DNA of 64,000 nt, from contig JAJEBE010000024.1 in NCBI GenBank assembly GCA_022822545.1, positions 29,509 through 93,508 on the forward strand, read 5' to 3'. Shown here piece by piece: positions 35,217 through 45,063 of the stretch (position 1 is the stretch's first letter; each line of letters begins with the position of its first letter). Position numbers and translations under genes: made by a program. Source of the stretch: Anaerolineae bacterium. GTDB lineage: Bacteria; Chloroflexota; Anaerolineae; Aggregatilineales; Phototrophicaceae. Below the pieces are notes generated by a model. The model was not told where the DNA came from. It worked only from the letters and a program-made list of their open reading frames with translations, and did no database searches.

Positions 35217-36365
35217 TCACCGCAAGACCTGTTCATATACAGCGATGGTCCCGTCCACCATACCTTTCACGCTGAAGTCTTCTTCAACGCGGGCCGCGCC
35301 CAGCAGTCCCATATATTTGCGCAGCGCTCGGTCGCTCAGCAAGCGCGCGATCGCCTTCGCCAGCGCATCAACATCGCGGGGCTCAATCAAGATGCCGGTC
35401 TCGCCATCCAGCACCACCTCCGGTATCGCGCTGACGCGGCTGGCGATCACCGGGACGCGGCGGGACATCGCTTCCAGCAAAACCAGTCCAAAGCCCTCCC
35501 ACAAGCTCGGCGCCAGCAGCAGATCAAAGGCCGCCATCAGCTCGGCCGCATCGGCGCGCCAGCCCAGCCAATGCACACGGTCGGCGATGCCAAGCGCCGA
35601 CGCCAAGCGCCGCAGCTCGGTCGCCTTCTCGCCATCGCCAGCGATCACAAGATGCGCCCCCGGGAAATCCGCCCGGACGCGGCGCAACGCTTCCAGCGCG
35701 TAGGGGATGCCCTTCTGCTCTACCAAGCGGGAAACCATGCCCAGGACCAGGGCCTTCTCGTCCAGCTTCAAGGCCGCCCGCAGTTCCCGCCGCGCCTTCT
35801 CTATATCGGTATCGCTGAGCCAGCTGTAGTCCAGGCCGTAGCGGACCACCGAAACCTTGTCGGCCGGCGCGCCTTCAATGTCGATTGTGAAACGCTTGAT
35901 GGCATCTGATATGGCGATACCGGCGTCAATCCGGCGCCAAAGCCAGCGATTGAGCCGGCGCCAACGCGGACGCTGACGAAATTGATCGTCATTGTGCCGG
36001 CTGCTGATCACGTGCCGGGCGCCCAGCGTCTTAGCCGCGAGATAGCCGTAGACATCAGCGTGAATCAAATGCGTATGCGTGATATCCGGCCCCATCTCGC
36101 GCAAGGCGCCGCGCAGCCGGAAAAGCAGCGGCAGATCATAATCACGGCCGATGACCAGGCGCGTCGCCGGTATTCCCCTTTGTGCCGCCGCTTCCACCAT
36201 GTCCTCCATCGGCGTCTCCCGCTCGACCAGGATGATCAGGCGAGCGTCGATCCCGCTCGCGCGCAGGCCGGAGAGCAGCGTCAGCAGGTGCCCCTCGGCG
36301 CCGCTGATGCGGGTGACCTTGATGATATGAGCGACGCGCACAGGCGCTCGGTCGGCTGGGCTCAC
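35217..36365 (-). CDS. GT4 family glycosyltransferase (GT-B fold)
   Basis: RVAHIIKVTRISGAEGHLL N-terminus and the C-terminal EGFGLVLLEAMSRRVPVIASRVSAIPEVV signature. GTG start. Confidence 0.85.
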   Translation of the reverse strand: MSPADRAPVRVAHIIKVTRISGAEGHLLTLLSGLRASGIDARLIILVERETPMEDMVEAAAQRGIPATRLVIGRDYDLPLLFRLRGALREMGPDITHTHLIHADVYGYLAAKTLGARHVISSRHNDDQFRQRPRWRRLNRWLWRRIDAGIAISDAIKRFTIDIEGAPADKVSVVRYGLDYSWLSDTDIEKARRELRAALKLDEKALVLGMVSRLVEQKGIPYALEALRRVRADFPGAHLVIAGDGEKATELRRLASALGIADRVHWLGWRADAAELMAAFDLLLAPSLWEGFGLVLLEAMSRRVPVIASRVSAIPEVVLDGETGILIEPRDVDALAKAIARLLSDRALRKYMGLLGAARVEEDFSVKGMVDGTIAVYEQVLR

Positions 36366-36393
36366 GGGTTATCGCCTCGAATCCGCCGGCCGC

Positions 36394-37767
36394 CTAGCGG
36401 GGAATGATCTCGCGCGACAAGGGACCGATGATGCCGCGTTCGTCTTTGGCGGCGATGGCGATGCCCGCGTAATCGGTGAATCCGTCCCAGGCCAGCTTGG
36501 TCTCTTCGAATGAAAACTGCTGATAAATCAGTGAATTATGCGGGCGCAGCGCCACGATATAACCGGCCGCATCCCCCACCGGCTCCCAGACCAACTCGCG
36601 CTTGCCGTCATCGCGGTTGCGCAGCACGATATTGGCCGGCGGCCGCGGCCCATCGGCCAGGGATTTGACCAGCGCCAGGATGGTCTGCGCCGCGTCGCGC
36701 AGATATTCCGACTCGATGAATTCTATCGTGTCCGTCGGATCGGCGTTGTTCTTTTCTTCGTAGGCGTTAATCAGCCTAATTGCGGGATAGCCCAGCTCGC
36801 TGAACGAGAAGTGATCGCCATAACGGTTTTGCCGGTCGATCTCGTCCTGCACCTGCAAGTCCAGATCGAGATTGTAGTTGTAACCGAGAAAGTTGGCCTC
36901 GCGCGCCATCTTGCGCGATACCGATGTCTCGTTGGGGCCGGCGGAAAACACCCGCATCTGCCGATCATTGCGATTGCCATTGCGGTCATGCACATTGCCG
37001 ATCGTGTCCACATTGATCATGCCCAGCACATCGATATTCTTGTCCCGCACCCAGGCGGCGAAATTGATGCTGCCTTGCCGGTTGAATTCCTCAGCCGAGA
37101 AGAAAACAAACATGATCGTCGCCCGGTACTGCGCCGGGCTCATGACGCGCGCCAGCTCAAGCAGCGCCGCCACACCCGAGCCGTTGTCGTTGGCGCCCGG
37201 CGCATAAGCCTCGCTGCTGATTAGCGGCGTGCCGATGCTGTCGTAATGCGCGCCGATGATGATCGTACCGGCATTCACCTCGGCGCCGCTGATCGCGCCC
37301 ACGATATTGTACTGGGTGCTCTTTTCGTCCGCCGTCACAAATGCCTCGAAGCTCTGCTCAAAGGTGTACAGATTGCCGCCGGAGGCCGCGCTCAAAATTT
37401 CCAGTTGATCTTTGATATACTTCCGCGCCGCGCCGATGCCTTCCTGGGGCGATACCTGCGACGAGCCGATATGCCGCGTGCGAAAACCTTGCAGGCTGCG
37501 GATATGCGCCAGCAACCGGTCGGACTCGACCTGCGCCAGCAGCGCCGGCACAATGTTCTCGCTTGGGGGCACGGCCGTCACACCAATTTCCGAGATGACA
37601 ACCGGCCGCGCCGCGACATAACCCAGGGTCGCCCGCGGCGTGAAAGTGGGCAAGGGCGCCAAAGTCGGCGGCGCATTGTCGCTGGTGCCCAGGTTGCAGG
37701 CCAGCAGAAGCAGCATGAAGCCTGACAATATGGCGGCGGTTTTCAGGTGTATGGCTTTCCGGTCCAT
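36394..37767 (-). CDS. M28 family lipoprotein aminopeptidase with C-terminal FN3-like domain
   Basis: Lipobox LLLACN. GAHYDS, GANDNGSGVAALLELAR and FVFFSAEE metal ligand motifs. FN3-like C-terminus (ELVWEPVGDAAGYIVALRP). Start at ATG 37767. Confidence 0.85.
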   Translation of the reverse strand: MDRKAIHLKTAAILSGFMLLLLACNLGTSDNAPPTLAPLPTFTPRATLGYVAARPVVISEIGVTAVPPSENIVPALLAQVESDRLLAHIRSLQGFRTRHIGSSQVSPQEGIGAARKYIKDQLEILSAASGGNLYTFEQSFEAFVTADEKSTQYNIVGAISGAEVNAGTIIIGAHYDSIGTPLISSEAYAPGANDNGSGVAALLELARVMSPAQYRATIMFVFFSAEEFNRQGSINFAAWVRDKNIDVLGMINVDTIGNVHDRNGNRNDRQMRVFSAGPNETSVSRKMAREANFLGYNYNLDLDLQVQDEIDRQNRYGDHFSFSELGYPAIRLINAYEEKNNADPTDTIEFIESEYLRDAAQTILALVKSLADGPRPPANIVLRNRDDGKRELVWEPVGDAAGYIVALRPHNSLIYQQFSFEETKLAWDGFTDYAGIAIAAKDERGIIGPLSREIIPR

Positions 37768-37929
37768 AGTGGCGATTTTAGCATAGAACGAAAAGCCGAC
37801 AGGCCTCGCGGACGATAGGGTATGATAGCCGTATGACAAACGGCGCTATCGTTGAACAATGCAGGGTTCTTCACCGGGCGCCGACTTCCGGGCGACGTAA
37901 GTGGAACAGCAGAGCGCCGAGGACATCAC

Positions 37930-38913
37930 ATGGACCTACTAATCATTGGCGGGACGAATTTTCTGGGACCGGCGCTCATCGCCGAAGCGCTGGCCAGCGG
38001 ACATCGACTGACTCTTTTCAATCGCGGCGAGAGCCGGCCGGATTTCAAAACCGACGCCGAGACGATCACCGGCGATCGCGAAACCGATCTCGGGCGCCTC
38101 GCCGGGCGCAAGTGGGACGCGGTCATCGACACCTGCGGCTACTTGCCGCGGCTGGTAAAGCTATCGACCGAGGCGCTGCGCGGGCAAGTTGATCACTACG
38201 CTTTTATCTCGACGCTGTCGGTCTATCCGGCACAGGGCGCGGCCAACCGCGACGAATCGGCCGAGGTCTTGACGCTGGCGGATCGGACGGTCGAAGACGT
38301 CACCGGCGAAACCTACGGACCCCTGAAGGTCCTTTGCGAAGCGGCGGCGCAGTCACAGTTCCCCGCCAAGGCTCTGATCATTCGCTCGGGTTTGATCGTC
38401 GGTCCGCGCGATCCCACCAACCGCTTTACCTATTGGGCGACTCGAACTGCCCAAGGCGGGCAGGCCATCGCCCCGCCGGCGGAACAGCCGATTCAGTTCA
38501 TAGACGCGCGTGACCTCGCTGCCTTCACCCTGCGGCGCGTGGAAGCGCGCGCTGCCGGCATTTATAATGTCACCGGCCCCGCTCGCCGCTTGACCTTCGG
38601 GAAATTGTTGTCCCTGGCGAAAGAGGCTTTGAATAGCGATGTGCGCTTCCACTACTGTGACGACGATTTCCTGCGTGAAAATGGTGTAGGCGAGTTTATG
38701 GAATTGCCGCTTTGGGTCAACCGCGAGCTGGCTGAGAGCTTCATGACCTTCAATATCGACCGTGCCCTGCGCGCTGGTTTGACCTTCCGCGAGCCGGCCC
38801 AGACGATTCGCGATACATGGGAATGGGCCCGCGCGCAGCCGTCCGACGCTCCCAAACCGGCTTACCTGCCGCCGGAGAAAGAAGCCGCCTTGCTCGCGGC
38901 CTGGTTGCCTTAG
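37930..38913 (+). CDS. NAD-dependent epimerase/dehydratase family (SDR) protein
   Basis: Starts MDLLIIGGTNFLGPAL (Rossmann GxxGxxG) at ATG 37930, within ORF 37852..38913. Confidence 0.85.
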   Translation: MDLLIIGGTNFLGPALIAEALASGHRLTLFNRGESRPDFKTDAETITGDRETDLGRLAGRKWDAVIDTCGYLPRLVKLSTEALRGQVDHYAFISTLSVYPAQGAANRDESAEVLTLADRTVEDVTGETYGPLKVLCEAAAQSQFPAKALIIRSGLIVGPRDPTNRFTYWATRTAQGGQAIAPPAEQPIQFIDARDLAAFTLRRVEARAAGIYNVTGPARRLTFGKLLSLAKEALNSDVRFHYCDDDFLRENGVGEFMELPLWVNRELAESFMTFNIDRALRAGLTFREPAQTIRDTWEWARAQPSDAPKPAYLPPEKEAALLAAWLP

Positions 38914-38932
38914 CCGAGGCTGGCATTTACAG

Positions 38933-38960
38933 CAAAAAGAAACCCGCTGGTCTGGCGGGC
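38933..38960 (-). terminator. putative rho-independent terminator downstream of the sigma factor gene
   Basis: On the minus strand, CCCGC-CAGACCA-GCGGG followed by TTTCTTTTT. The stem is short (5-6 bp, all GC). Confidence 0.4.
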
Positions 38961-38990
38961 TGCGAATGTCACAGGCTCGGTCGTTTAAGA

Positions 38991-40079
38991 CTAATCGAGG
39001 TAATCGCGCAGCTTGCGGCTGCGGCGCGGGTGACGCAAACGCCTCAAAGCCCGTCCTTCAATCTGGCGGATGCGTTCGCGCGTCAAACCGAATTTCTGCC
39101 CGACCTCTTCCAAAGTGTAGCAATGCCCATTCTGCAAGCCAAAACGCAAACGCAAGATGCGCGCCTCACGCGGGGTCAAGGTGCTCAGCAATTCTTCGAT
39201 TTGCTCTTTCAGCAGTTTGCTGAAGGCGCTGTCCGATGGATTGGGCTCGCGCTCGCTTTCAATGAAACTGCCCAGTTCGCTGTCGTCGTCTTTGCCCACC
39301 GGGTGCTCGAGGCTTAGCGGACGCCAAGACACCTTCAGCATCCACTGCACCTTGCGCGGCTCGCACTCCATGACTTCGGCGATTTCTTCGATGGACGGCT
39401 TGCAACCGGTCTCCTGCTCCAGGTCTCGCGCCACCCGATACAACTGGCGAATGCGGTCGGTCATGTGCACGGGCACCCGTATCGTGCGCCCCTGATCGGC
39501 GATGGCGCGCGTGATCGTCTGGCGGATCCACCAGGTGGCATAAGTGCTGAAGCGATAGCCGCGGTGATAATCGAACTTCTCCACTGCCTTCATCAAACCC
39601 AGGTTGCCTTCCTGGATCAAGTCGAGGAAAGGCACCCCGCGCGACATATATTTCTTCGCGATAGAAACGACCAGCCGCGTATTCGCCTTGATCAGATGAT
39701 CACGGGCATTCAAGCCGTCTTGAATCAGAAACTGCCACTCGGCCCGCCGCTCGTGCTCCGGCGCTTGCGCCAATTGCTCCGCCGCCAGCTCGCCCGCTTC
39801 CTGGCGCATCGCCAACTGCACCTCTTCCTCTGTCGTCAACAGAGGGACGCGCGCCATCTCCTTGAGATACAAGCCGACCGTGTCGCTCGATGCTATCTCG
39901 CCGAGGTCGTGATCGTCCTCATCCTCGTCCAGCCCGACATCATCCTCAAAGCCATCTTCCAACAACTCAAGATCGCCTTCTTCGAGGAAAAACTCGAAGC
40001 CGGAAGATTCGGCCTTGTCTTCTTCAAGATATGGCATCAGGTCGATATCTGTCTCATACCTGCCATCAAACTCGTCCAC
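38991..40079 (-). CDS. RNA polymerase sigma-70 factor, RpoD/SigA family (group 1 or 2)
   Basis: Acidic N-terminus. Region 1.2 ([14 protein letters not shown]), region 2 ([30 protein letters not shown]) and region 4.2 HTH ([20 protein letters not shown]). Confidence 0.9.
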   Translation of the reverse strand: MDEFDGRYETDIDLMPYLEEDKAESSGFEFFLEEGDLELLEDGFEDDVGLDEDEDDHDLGEIASSDTVGLYLKEMARVPLLTTEEEVQLAMRQEAGELAAEQLAQAPEHERRAEWQFLIQDGLNARDHLIKANTRLVVSIAKKYMSRGVPFLDLIQEGNLGLMKAVEKFDYHRGYRFSTYATWWIRQTITRAIADQGRTIRVPVHMTDRIRQLYRVARDLEQETGCKPSIEEIAEVMECEPRKVQWMLKVSWRPLSLEHPVGKDDDSELGSFIESEREPNPSDSAFSKLLKEQIEELLSTLTPREARILRLRFGLQNGHCYTLEEVGQKFGLTRERIRQIEGRALRRLRHPRRSRKLRDYLD

Positions 40080-40150
40080 TGCAACACCCCCACAACATGC
40101 GAGATGCGCCTACACCCCATGTATTACGCGCATCCGGCCGACCCTGGCTT

Positions 40151-40714
40151 CTACTGCAACAATTGCTTCAATACCGCCAATCTCGGGTCAATCTCAGTAA
40201 ATTCCTCCGCTGATTCGGCTCCCCGGTCGCGCAAGCTACTCTCGCCAACCAGCTTATCGCCCGTTTCGGCGCATAAACCGCGGCAACTGTCTTGGCATAT
40301 TACGCGATAGCTCGCTTCGATCAACACTTCCTCGCGCAGCAAGGGCGCCAAATCTATCTCGCCGTTGCTGTCCACGCTGAAAACGCTCTTGTTGGCGTCC
40401 GGCGGCGAAGCAAATAACTCCGCGATATCCAGCCCAAACCGGTGCTTGAACTCGTCCAAACAGCGATCGCATTCCCGTTCATGCGTCACATTTAATTCGC
40501 CCTGTACGAGGATGCCCTCCTTTGTGCGGGTCAAGATCAGCCGTCCGGTAAGAGCGCCTAAAAATAAATCTTCATCGACTTGCACCCTCTGCGAAAAATC
40601 GAGCGGGATCTCTCGCGCGTTGCCGGGGCCTTCCGACAACAGAAATCCCACATTAATACGGAGGAGACGCCTATTGAGATAGCGGCCAGCAGTAGCGCTC
40701 ACGCTCCCCCCCAT
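40151..40714 (-). CDS. YceD/DUF177 family protein
   Basis: ECDRCLDEF and CQDSCRGLC cysteine motifs in a ~187-aa protein. Confidence 0.85.
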   Translation of the reverse strand: MGGSVSATAGRYLNRRLLRINVGFLLSEGPGNAREIPLDFSQRVQVDEDLFLGALTGRLILTRTKEGILVQGELNVTHERECDRCLDEFKHRFGLDIAELFASPPDANKSVFSVDSNGEIDLAPLLREEVLIEASYRVICQDSCRGLCAETGDKLVGESSLRDRGAESAEEFTEIDPRLAVLKQLLQ

Positions 40715-40946
40715 TTATCGATCACCAGCTTGCCTGGATGTATGATATACCAATAACCTAAACCTTCCGCATTATATAAGTCTGACGGGTAAGCTGTCAA
40801 GCAAACTGAGATAAACTAATGGCGAAATGAATCAGGAATTCAGTGGAATAAGCCAAACAAAGTCTCTCACAAAAATTACGCCTTTTTGGACAGCGCGCTA
40901 TTATCGTAATATCATTTCAATGTCAGCGCGATCCAGTCAAACAACG

Positions 40947-41717
40947 ATGCGACCTGCCACCATAATCTTTCTCAGCAAGCGCAATGCCTTTGATGCTTAT
41001 TGCAACCAGCTTCCTGATTACGATACCACAATGCTAAACGCGACGCAACTAATCTACAAAATCTTAATTGAAAGCCGAGCCGCGCTCCTCTTCATCGACG
41101 CGCTGCGCCTGGATTGGCGGGAGCTGACGCTTGCTCTAAAAACTAACGCGGCCACCCGCCGCATCCCGATTTGCCTCGTGAGCGACGACCGCGAGATCAA
41201 CGCCGACGCCATACTCATGGGCGTTGACCTTGCTTTGAGCTGGACCGAGCTTGATGCTCAGTTGCAGGCCCTCGTCGCCGAGTTGGGGCGAGTTCCGGGT
41301 GACACAGCCATGGTGCGGCTTGCCTGCCAGTGCGACGAGGCCCTTCCGCCACTGGCGGCCGAAGGTCTGCGGCTTTTCAACCGCGGCGAATACTATCGGC
41401 AGCACGACCTCTTCGAAGAACAATGGATGGCGACCGCCGGACCGGTGCGCGATCTCTACCGCGCCATTCTCCAGGTCGGCGTCGCTTACTACCAGATCGA
41501 GCGCGGCAATTATCGCGGCGCGCTCAAGATGCTGCAACGCAGCGTTCAATGGCTCTATCTGCTGCCCGATACCTGCCAGGGCATAGACGTCGCCGGCTTG
41601 CGGCGGGATTCTTACGCCGTCCGGGGGGAATTGCAGCGCCTCGGGCCCGAGCGCCTGGCGGAGCTGGACCGGCGCCTGCTCAAGAAAATCACAGGGCCTC
41701 ATTCCCCCAGCACATAA
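40947..41717 (+). CDS. receiver-like (degenerate) domain fused to DUF309
   Basis: C-terminal DUF309 pattern GLRLFNRGEYYRQHDLFEEQW...LYRAILQVGVAYYQIERGNYRGALKML. The N-terminal ~130 aa has a CheY-like beta/alpha pattern. Start at ATG 40947, 40920 or 40827. Confidence 0.7.
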   Translation: MRPATIIFLSKRNAFDAYCNQLPDYDTTMLNATQLIYKILIESRAALLFIDALRLDWRELTLALKTNAATRRIPICLVSDDREINADAILMGVDLALSWTELDAQLQALVAELGRVPGDTAMVRLACQCDEALPPLAAEGLRLFNRGEYYRQHDLFEEQWMATAGPVRDLYRAILQVGVAYYQIERGNYRGALKMLQRSVQWLYLLPDTCQGIDVAGLRRDSYAVRGELQRLGPERLAELDRRLLKKITGPHSPST

Positions 41718-43660
41718 GTCCCGAACCAGTCCAGCATGGCGTCATTATGCGCCCGCCGCAACGCCACCGCCCCGTTGATCGAGGCGCCGTGCGAGCCCCC
41801 CGGCTGACGCAGCATCTCGACGGCGCAGCCATTCGCTTTCAGCACGGTATAAAACTGCTCCGATTGCTCCGCCGGGCAGCGCCAGTCCAACTCGCTCTGC
41901 ACCAGCAAGGTCGGCGTCGTACAGCGATGCGCGTAAGTGATCGGCGAGCATTTTTCATAGATCGCCGGAATCTCCTGCGGATGCCCGCCCATCTGCTCCA
42001 CGCCGAAATATATGCCGATGTCGCTGGTGCCATAAAAGCTGCGCCAATTTGTCACCGGGTTCTGCGGGATCGCCGCTTTGAAGCGCTCCGTCTGCCCGAT
42101 GATCCAGCAGGACAGGTTGCCGCCGCCGGAAGTGCCGCAGACGCCCAGCCGCTCGCCATCGGCCAGACCCAGCGCGATCGCGTGGTCGACGCCCGTCATC
42201 AAGTCCTGATAATCCAGATTGCCCCAATCGCCTTTGATCGCGGTGGAGAAGCTGTCGCCGTAGCCGGTGGAGGCGCGGTGGTTGAGGAAGAGCACGCCAT
42301 AGCCGGCGCCCGCCAGCATCTGAAAATCGAAGTGGAAGCCGTAGCCATAAGCGGCGTGCGGTCCGCCATGGATGTACAAAATCGTGGGGTAGGGCGCTTC
42401 GCCCAGCGGCGGCTTCATGTACCAGCCTTCAACGGCGACGCCGTCGACGCTTTGCCACTCCAGGCTTTTCGTCTGCGGCAGCGCGATTTTCTCCAGGCTC
42501 TCGGCGTTGAGCTGCGTCAGTTGACGTGTCCCGCCATTATCAAGATCTGCCAGGAAGAGATCGGGCGGGGCGTTTATACCGGTGCGCGCGTATAGCAGTT
42601 GGTCGCCGCGCCGGTCCAGCGGGAAGACGGCGCAGTCGCCGCTCGTGACCGCTTCGACCCGCTCCTCGCCCCGCAGCGCCACGCGATAAATGTGGTCTGT
42701 GCCCCCGCGCTGCACGGTGGTGTAGGCAAACGCGCCGTCATCGCTGACCAAGACATCGGTCAGGCTTAAGCCACTGACCGGCATATCCATCGACAAACGC
42801 CCGCCAACGCCGACATCCAGCCCGGCGCTGCGGCAATCGATGTCGCCGCTGGCCAGGTCCAACACATATAGGTCCGACTTCGTCCCGATGGGCTTGCCAT
42901 CGTTCGGGCGCCCGATGAAGACGATCCGCTCGCCATCCGGGCTGTAGCTGGCTCCAGCGATGCTCGCCCAACCCGTCAGCACCGTCGCCGCCTCGCCGGC
43001 CAAGTCCACCGACATCAAGTCCGGTGTCATCGCGCGGGCGGCATCAGCGCGCATATTGGCATCATATAATATGCGCCGCTCATCCGGCGCCCAGCGCAGA
43101 TTGCTGTTGTTGCTGCGATCTTCGGTGAGCCGCCGCGCCTCGCCGCTGGCCAACTCATACACATAGACATCCTGCGCCTCGTCATCAAGATAGCCGATGG
43201 CGTCGAAGCGGTACACGGTCCGGTCCACCCGATACGGTTCCGTCGCCAGGTCAGGCGCCTCGGTATCGGCTTTGGCGCTGAAGGCGATCATGGCGCCATC
43301 GGGCGACCAGGCCAGGCTCCCGCCGATGCCGCGCTTGAACGCCGTCAGTTGCCGCGCTTCGCCGCCGTCCGCCGGCAGCAGATACAACTGCGTCTGCCCC
43401 TCCCGGTCGGAAAGGAAGGCGATCGACTTGCCATCCGGCGACCAGCAAGCCAGGCTGTCGCGGGCTTTGCCGTTGGTCATCTGACGCGTCTCGCCCGTGG
43501 TCAGATCGCGCAGATATATCGTGCTGAATTCCTTGTCCTCGTCCGCGTCTATCTTGTTCACCGTGTAGAGCGCTTTGGCCCCGTCCGGCGATAAGGCGCC
43601 GCCGTTGAGGAAGTGCAAGTTGAACAAGTCTTCTTTTTGCATTGCGCGTTTGTCGGGCAT
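41699..43660 (-). CDS. S9 family serine peptidase (beta-propeller + alpha/beta hydrolase; acylaminoacyl/prolyl oligopeptidase-like)
   Basis: TolB-like propeller repeats (WSPDGKSIAF, WSPDGAMIAF, YSPDGERIVF). Catalytic GTSGGG nucleophile elbow and a C-terminal GGSHG. Confidence 0.9.
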   Translation of the reverse strand: MPDKRAMQKEDLFNLHFLNGGALSPDGAKALYTVNKIDADEDKEFSTIYLRDLTTGETRQMTNGKARDSLACWSPDGKSIAFLSDREGQTQLYLLPADGGEARQLTAFKRGIGGSLAWSPDGAMIAFSAKADTEAPDLATEPYRVDRTVYRFDAIGYLDDEAQDVYVYELASGEARRLTEDRSNNSNLRWAPDERRILYDANMRADAARAMTPDLMSVDLAGEAATVLTGWASIAGASYSPDGERIVFIGRPNDGKPIGTKSDLYVLDLASGDIDCRSAGLDVGVGGRLSMDMPVSGLSLTDVLVSDDGAFAYTTVQRGGTDHIYRVALRGEERVEAVTSGDCAVFPLDRRGDQLLYARTGINAPPDLFLADLDNGGTRQLTQLNAESLEKIALPQTKSLEWQSVDGVAVEGWYMKPPLGEAPYPTILYIHGGPHAAYGYGFHFDFQMLAGAGYGVLFLNHRASTGYGDSFSTAIKGDWGNLDYQDLMTGVDHAIALGLADGERLGVCGTSGGGNLSCWIIGQTERFKAAIPQNPVTNWRSFYGTSDIGIYFGVEQMGGHPQEIPAIYEKCSPITYAHRCTTPTLLVQSELDWRCPAEQSEQFYTVLKANGCAVEMLRQPGGSHGASINGAVALRRAHNDAMLDWFGTYVLGE

Positions 43661-44265
43661 CTTGACCTCTTTCTTCTCATACTGCGGGTAAAGGCAGCCT
43701 TGAGGGATTGTAAATCTGTCGGAGCATCATAGCCAGATTCGCCACCGCCCAGCGACTTCGGTCAAACATTCTCTGTGTACTCTATACCCTCGGTGTACTC
43801 TGTGGCAAAAATTACCGACCGCCTGTGCCATCAAGACGACACAAAAGCGGGCAGATCATTTTGGTATGCGTGAACATTTAGTCGCCCATTCCGCCCCAAC
43901 CTATGTTACCCTGATCGTAAGTGCGCCTTACCAACTCCCATACGCCAATCGACCACCATTGGAAATCTCCGGATTTATTGGAGAAAAATATCCCTTTCCA
44001 ATTGGAATTTCCAATAACGGGTGAAACGAACCTCGCGACAAGACGCCAGATTGCCAGATTGCCAAAAAAACATTTTCCACGGCCATCTGCCGGAGGTTTT
44101 AATACCGACAGTCCTGCCGCCTCCATCTCACCACAATATAACTATAAACAAATGTAAATTAAACTATTTGCCCGGAAATCATGCCTGTATAAACAAGCTG
44201 TCCTCTCCGGTAGCATCGGGTAAGATAATTGACGGCCCAGACCGTATCATGAACGAGGATATGCC

Positions 44266-45051
44266 ATGCCCCATCCGCCTGATTCCAAGGCTCTCTCGCA
44301 AGCGCGCTACACTCGGTTCGCCGAGGGCTATGTCACCAGCGAGACACATGCCAAAGGCTCGGATCTCGACCGCCTGCTCGCCATCGCGGGGCCGCAGCCT
44401 CATTGGCAGGCGCTTGATATCGCCACCGGCGGCGGCCACACCGCCCTCAAGTTCGCGCCGCATGTCGCGCATGTCCTGGCCAGCGACCTCACGCCGCGCA
44501 TGCTGGATCAGGCGCGCCAATTCATCAGCGAGCGGAACGGCGTCACGAACGTGAGCTTTGAAGAAGCCGATGCCGAGAATCTCCCCTTTGGCGATGACCG
44601 CTTTGATCTGGTGACCTGCCGCATCGCCCCCCATCACTTTCCCGATGCGCAGCAGTTTCTCCGCGAGTGCGCTCGCGTCCTCAAAGGGGGCGGCCTGCTT
44701 GTCTTGCAAGACCAGGTCTTGCCGGCGGATGAAGAAGCGGCGCGCTGCGTCGACGCTTTTGAACGCCTCCGCGACCCCAGCCACAACCGCGCCTTCAACG
44801 CCCGCGAATGGGAGGGGATGTGCCAAGCGGCCGGCTTCGCCGTCGAACATAGCGAGCAGTATGTTAAGCGGCATGACTTCTTGCCCTGGGCGCGGCGCCA
44901 GGGGGTTGACGACGCCACAATCGAGCGGCTGATTCAGATGATGCGCGAGGCGCCCGCCATCGCCCGCGAATGGATGGACCCGCGCGACTGGGCCACCGAC
45001 GCGGCCACCTTCGTCAACCGGCATATTCTCATCCGCGGCCGGCTTGGCTAG
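44266..45051 (+). CDS. class I SAM-dependent methyltransferase (Methyltransf_11-like)
   Basis: ALDIATGGGHTAL (motif I) and FDLVTCRIAPHHFPD. Confidence 0.85.
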   Translation: MPHPPDSKALSQARYTRFAEGYVTSETHAKGSDLDRLLAIAGPQPHWQALDIATGGGHTALKFAPHVAHVLASDLTPRMLDQARQFISERNGVTNVSFEEADAENLPFGDDRFDLVTCRIAPHHFPDAQQFLRECARVLKGGGLLVLQDQVLPADEEAARCVDAFERLRDPSHNRAFNAREWEGMCQAAGFAVEHSEQYVKRHDFLPWARRQGVDDATIERLIQMMREAPAIAREWMDPRDWATDAATFVNRHILIRGRLG

Positions 45052-45063
45052 CGGGAGCATCTT

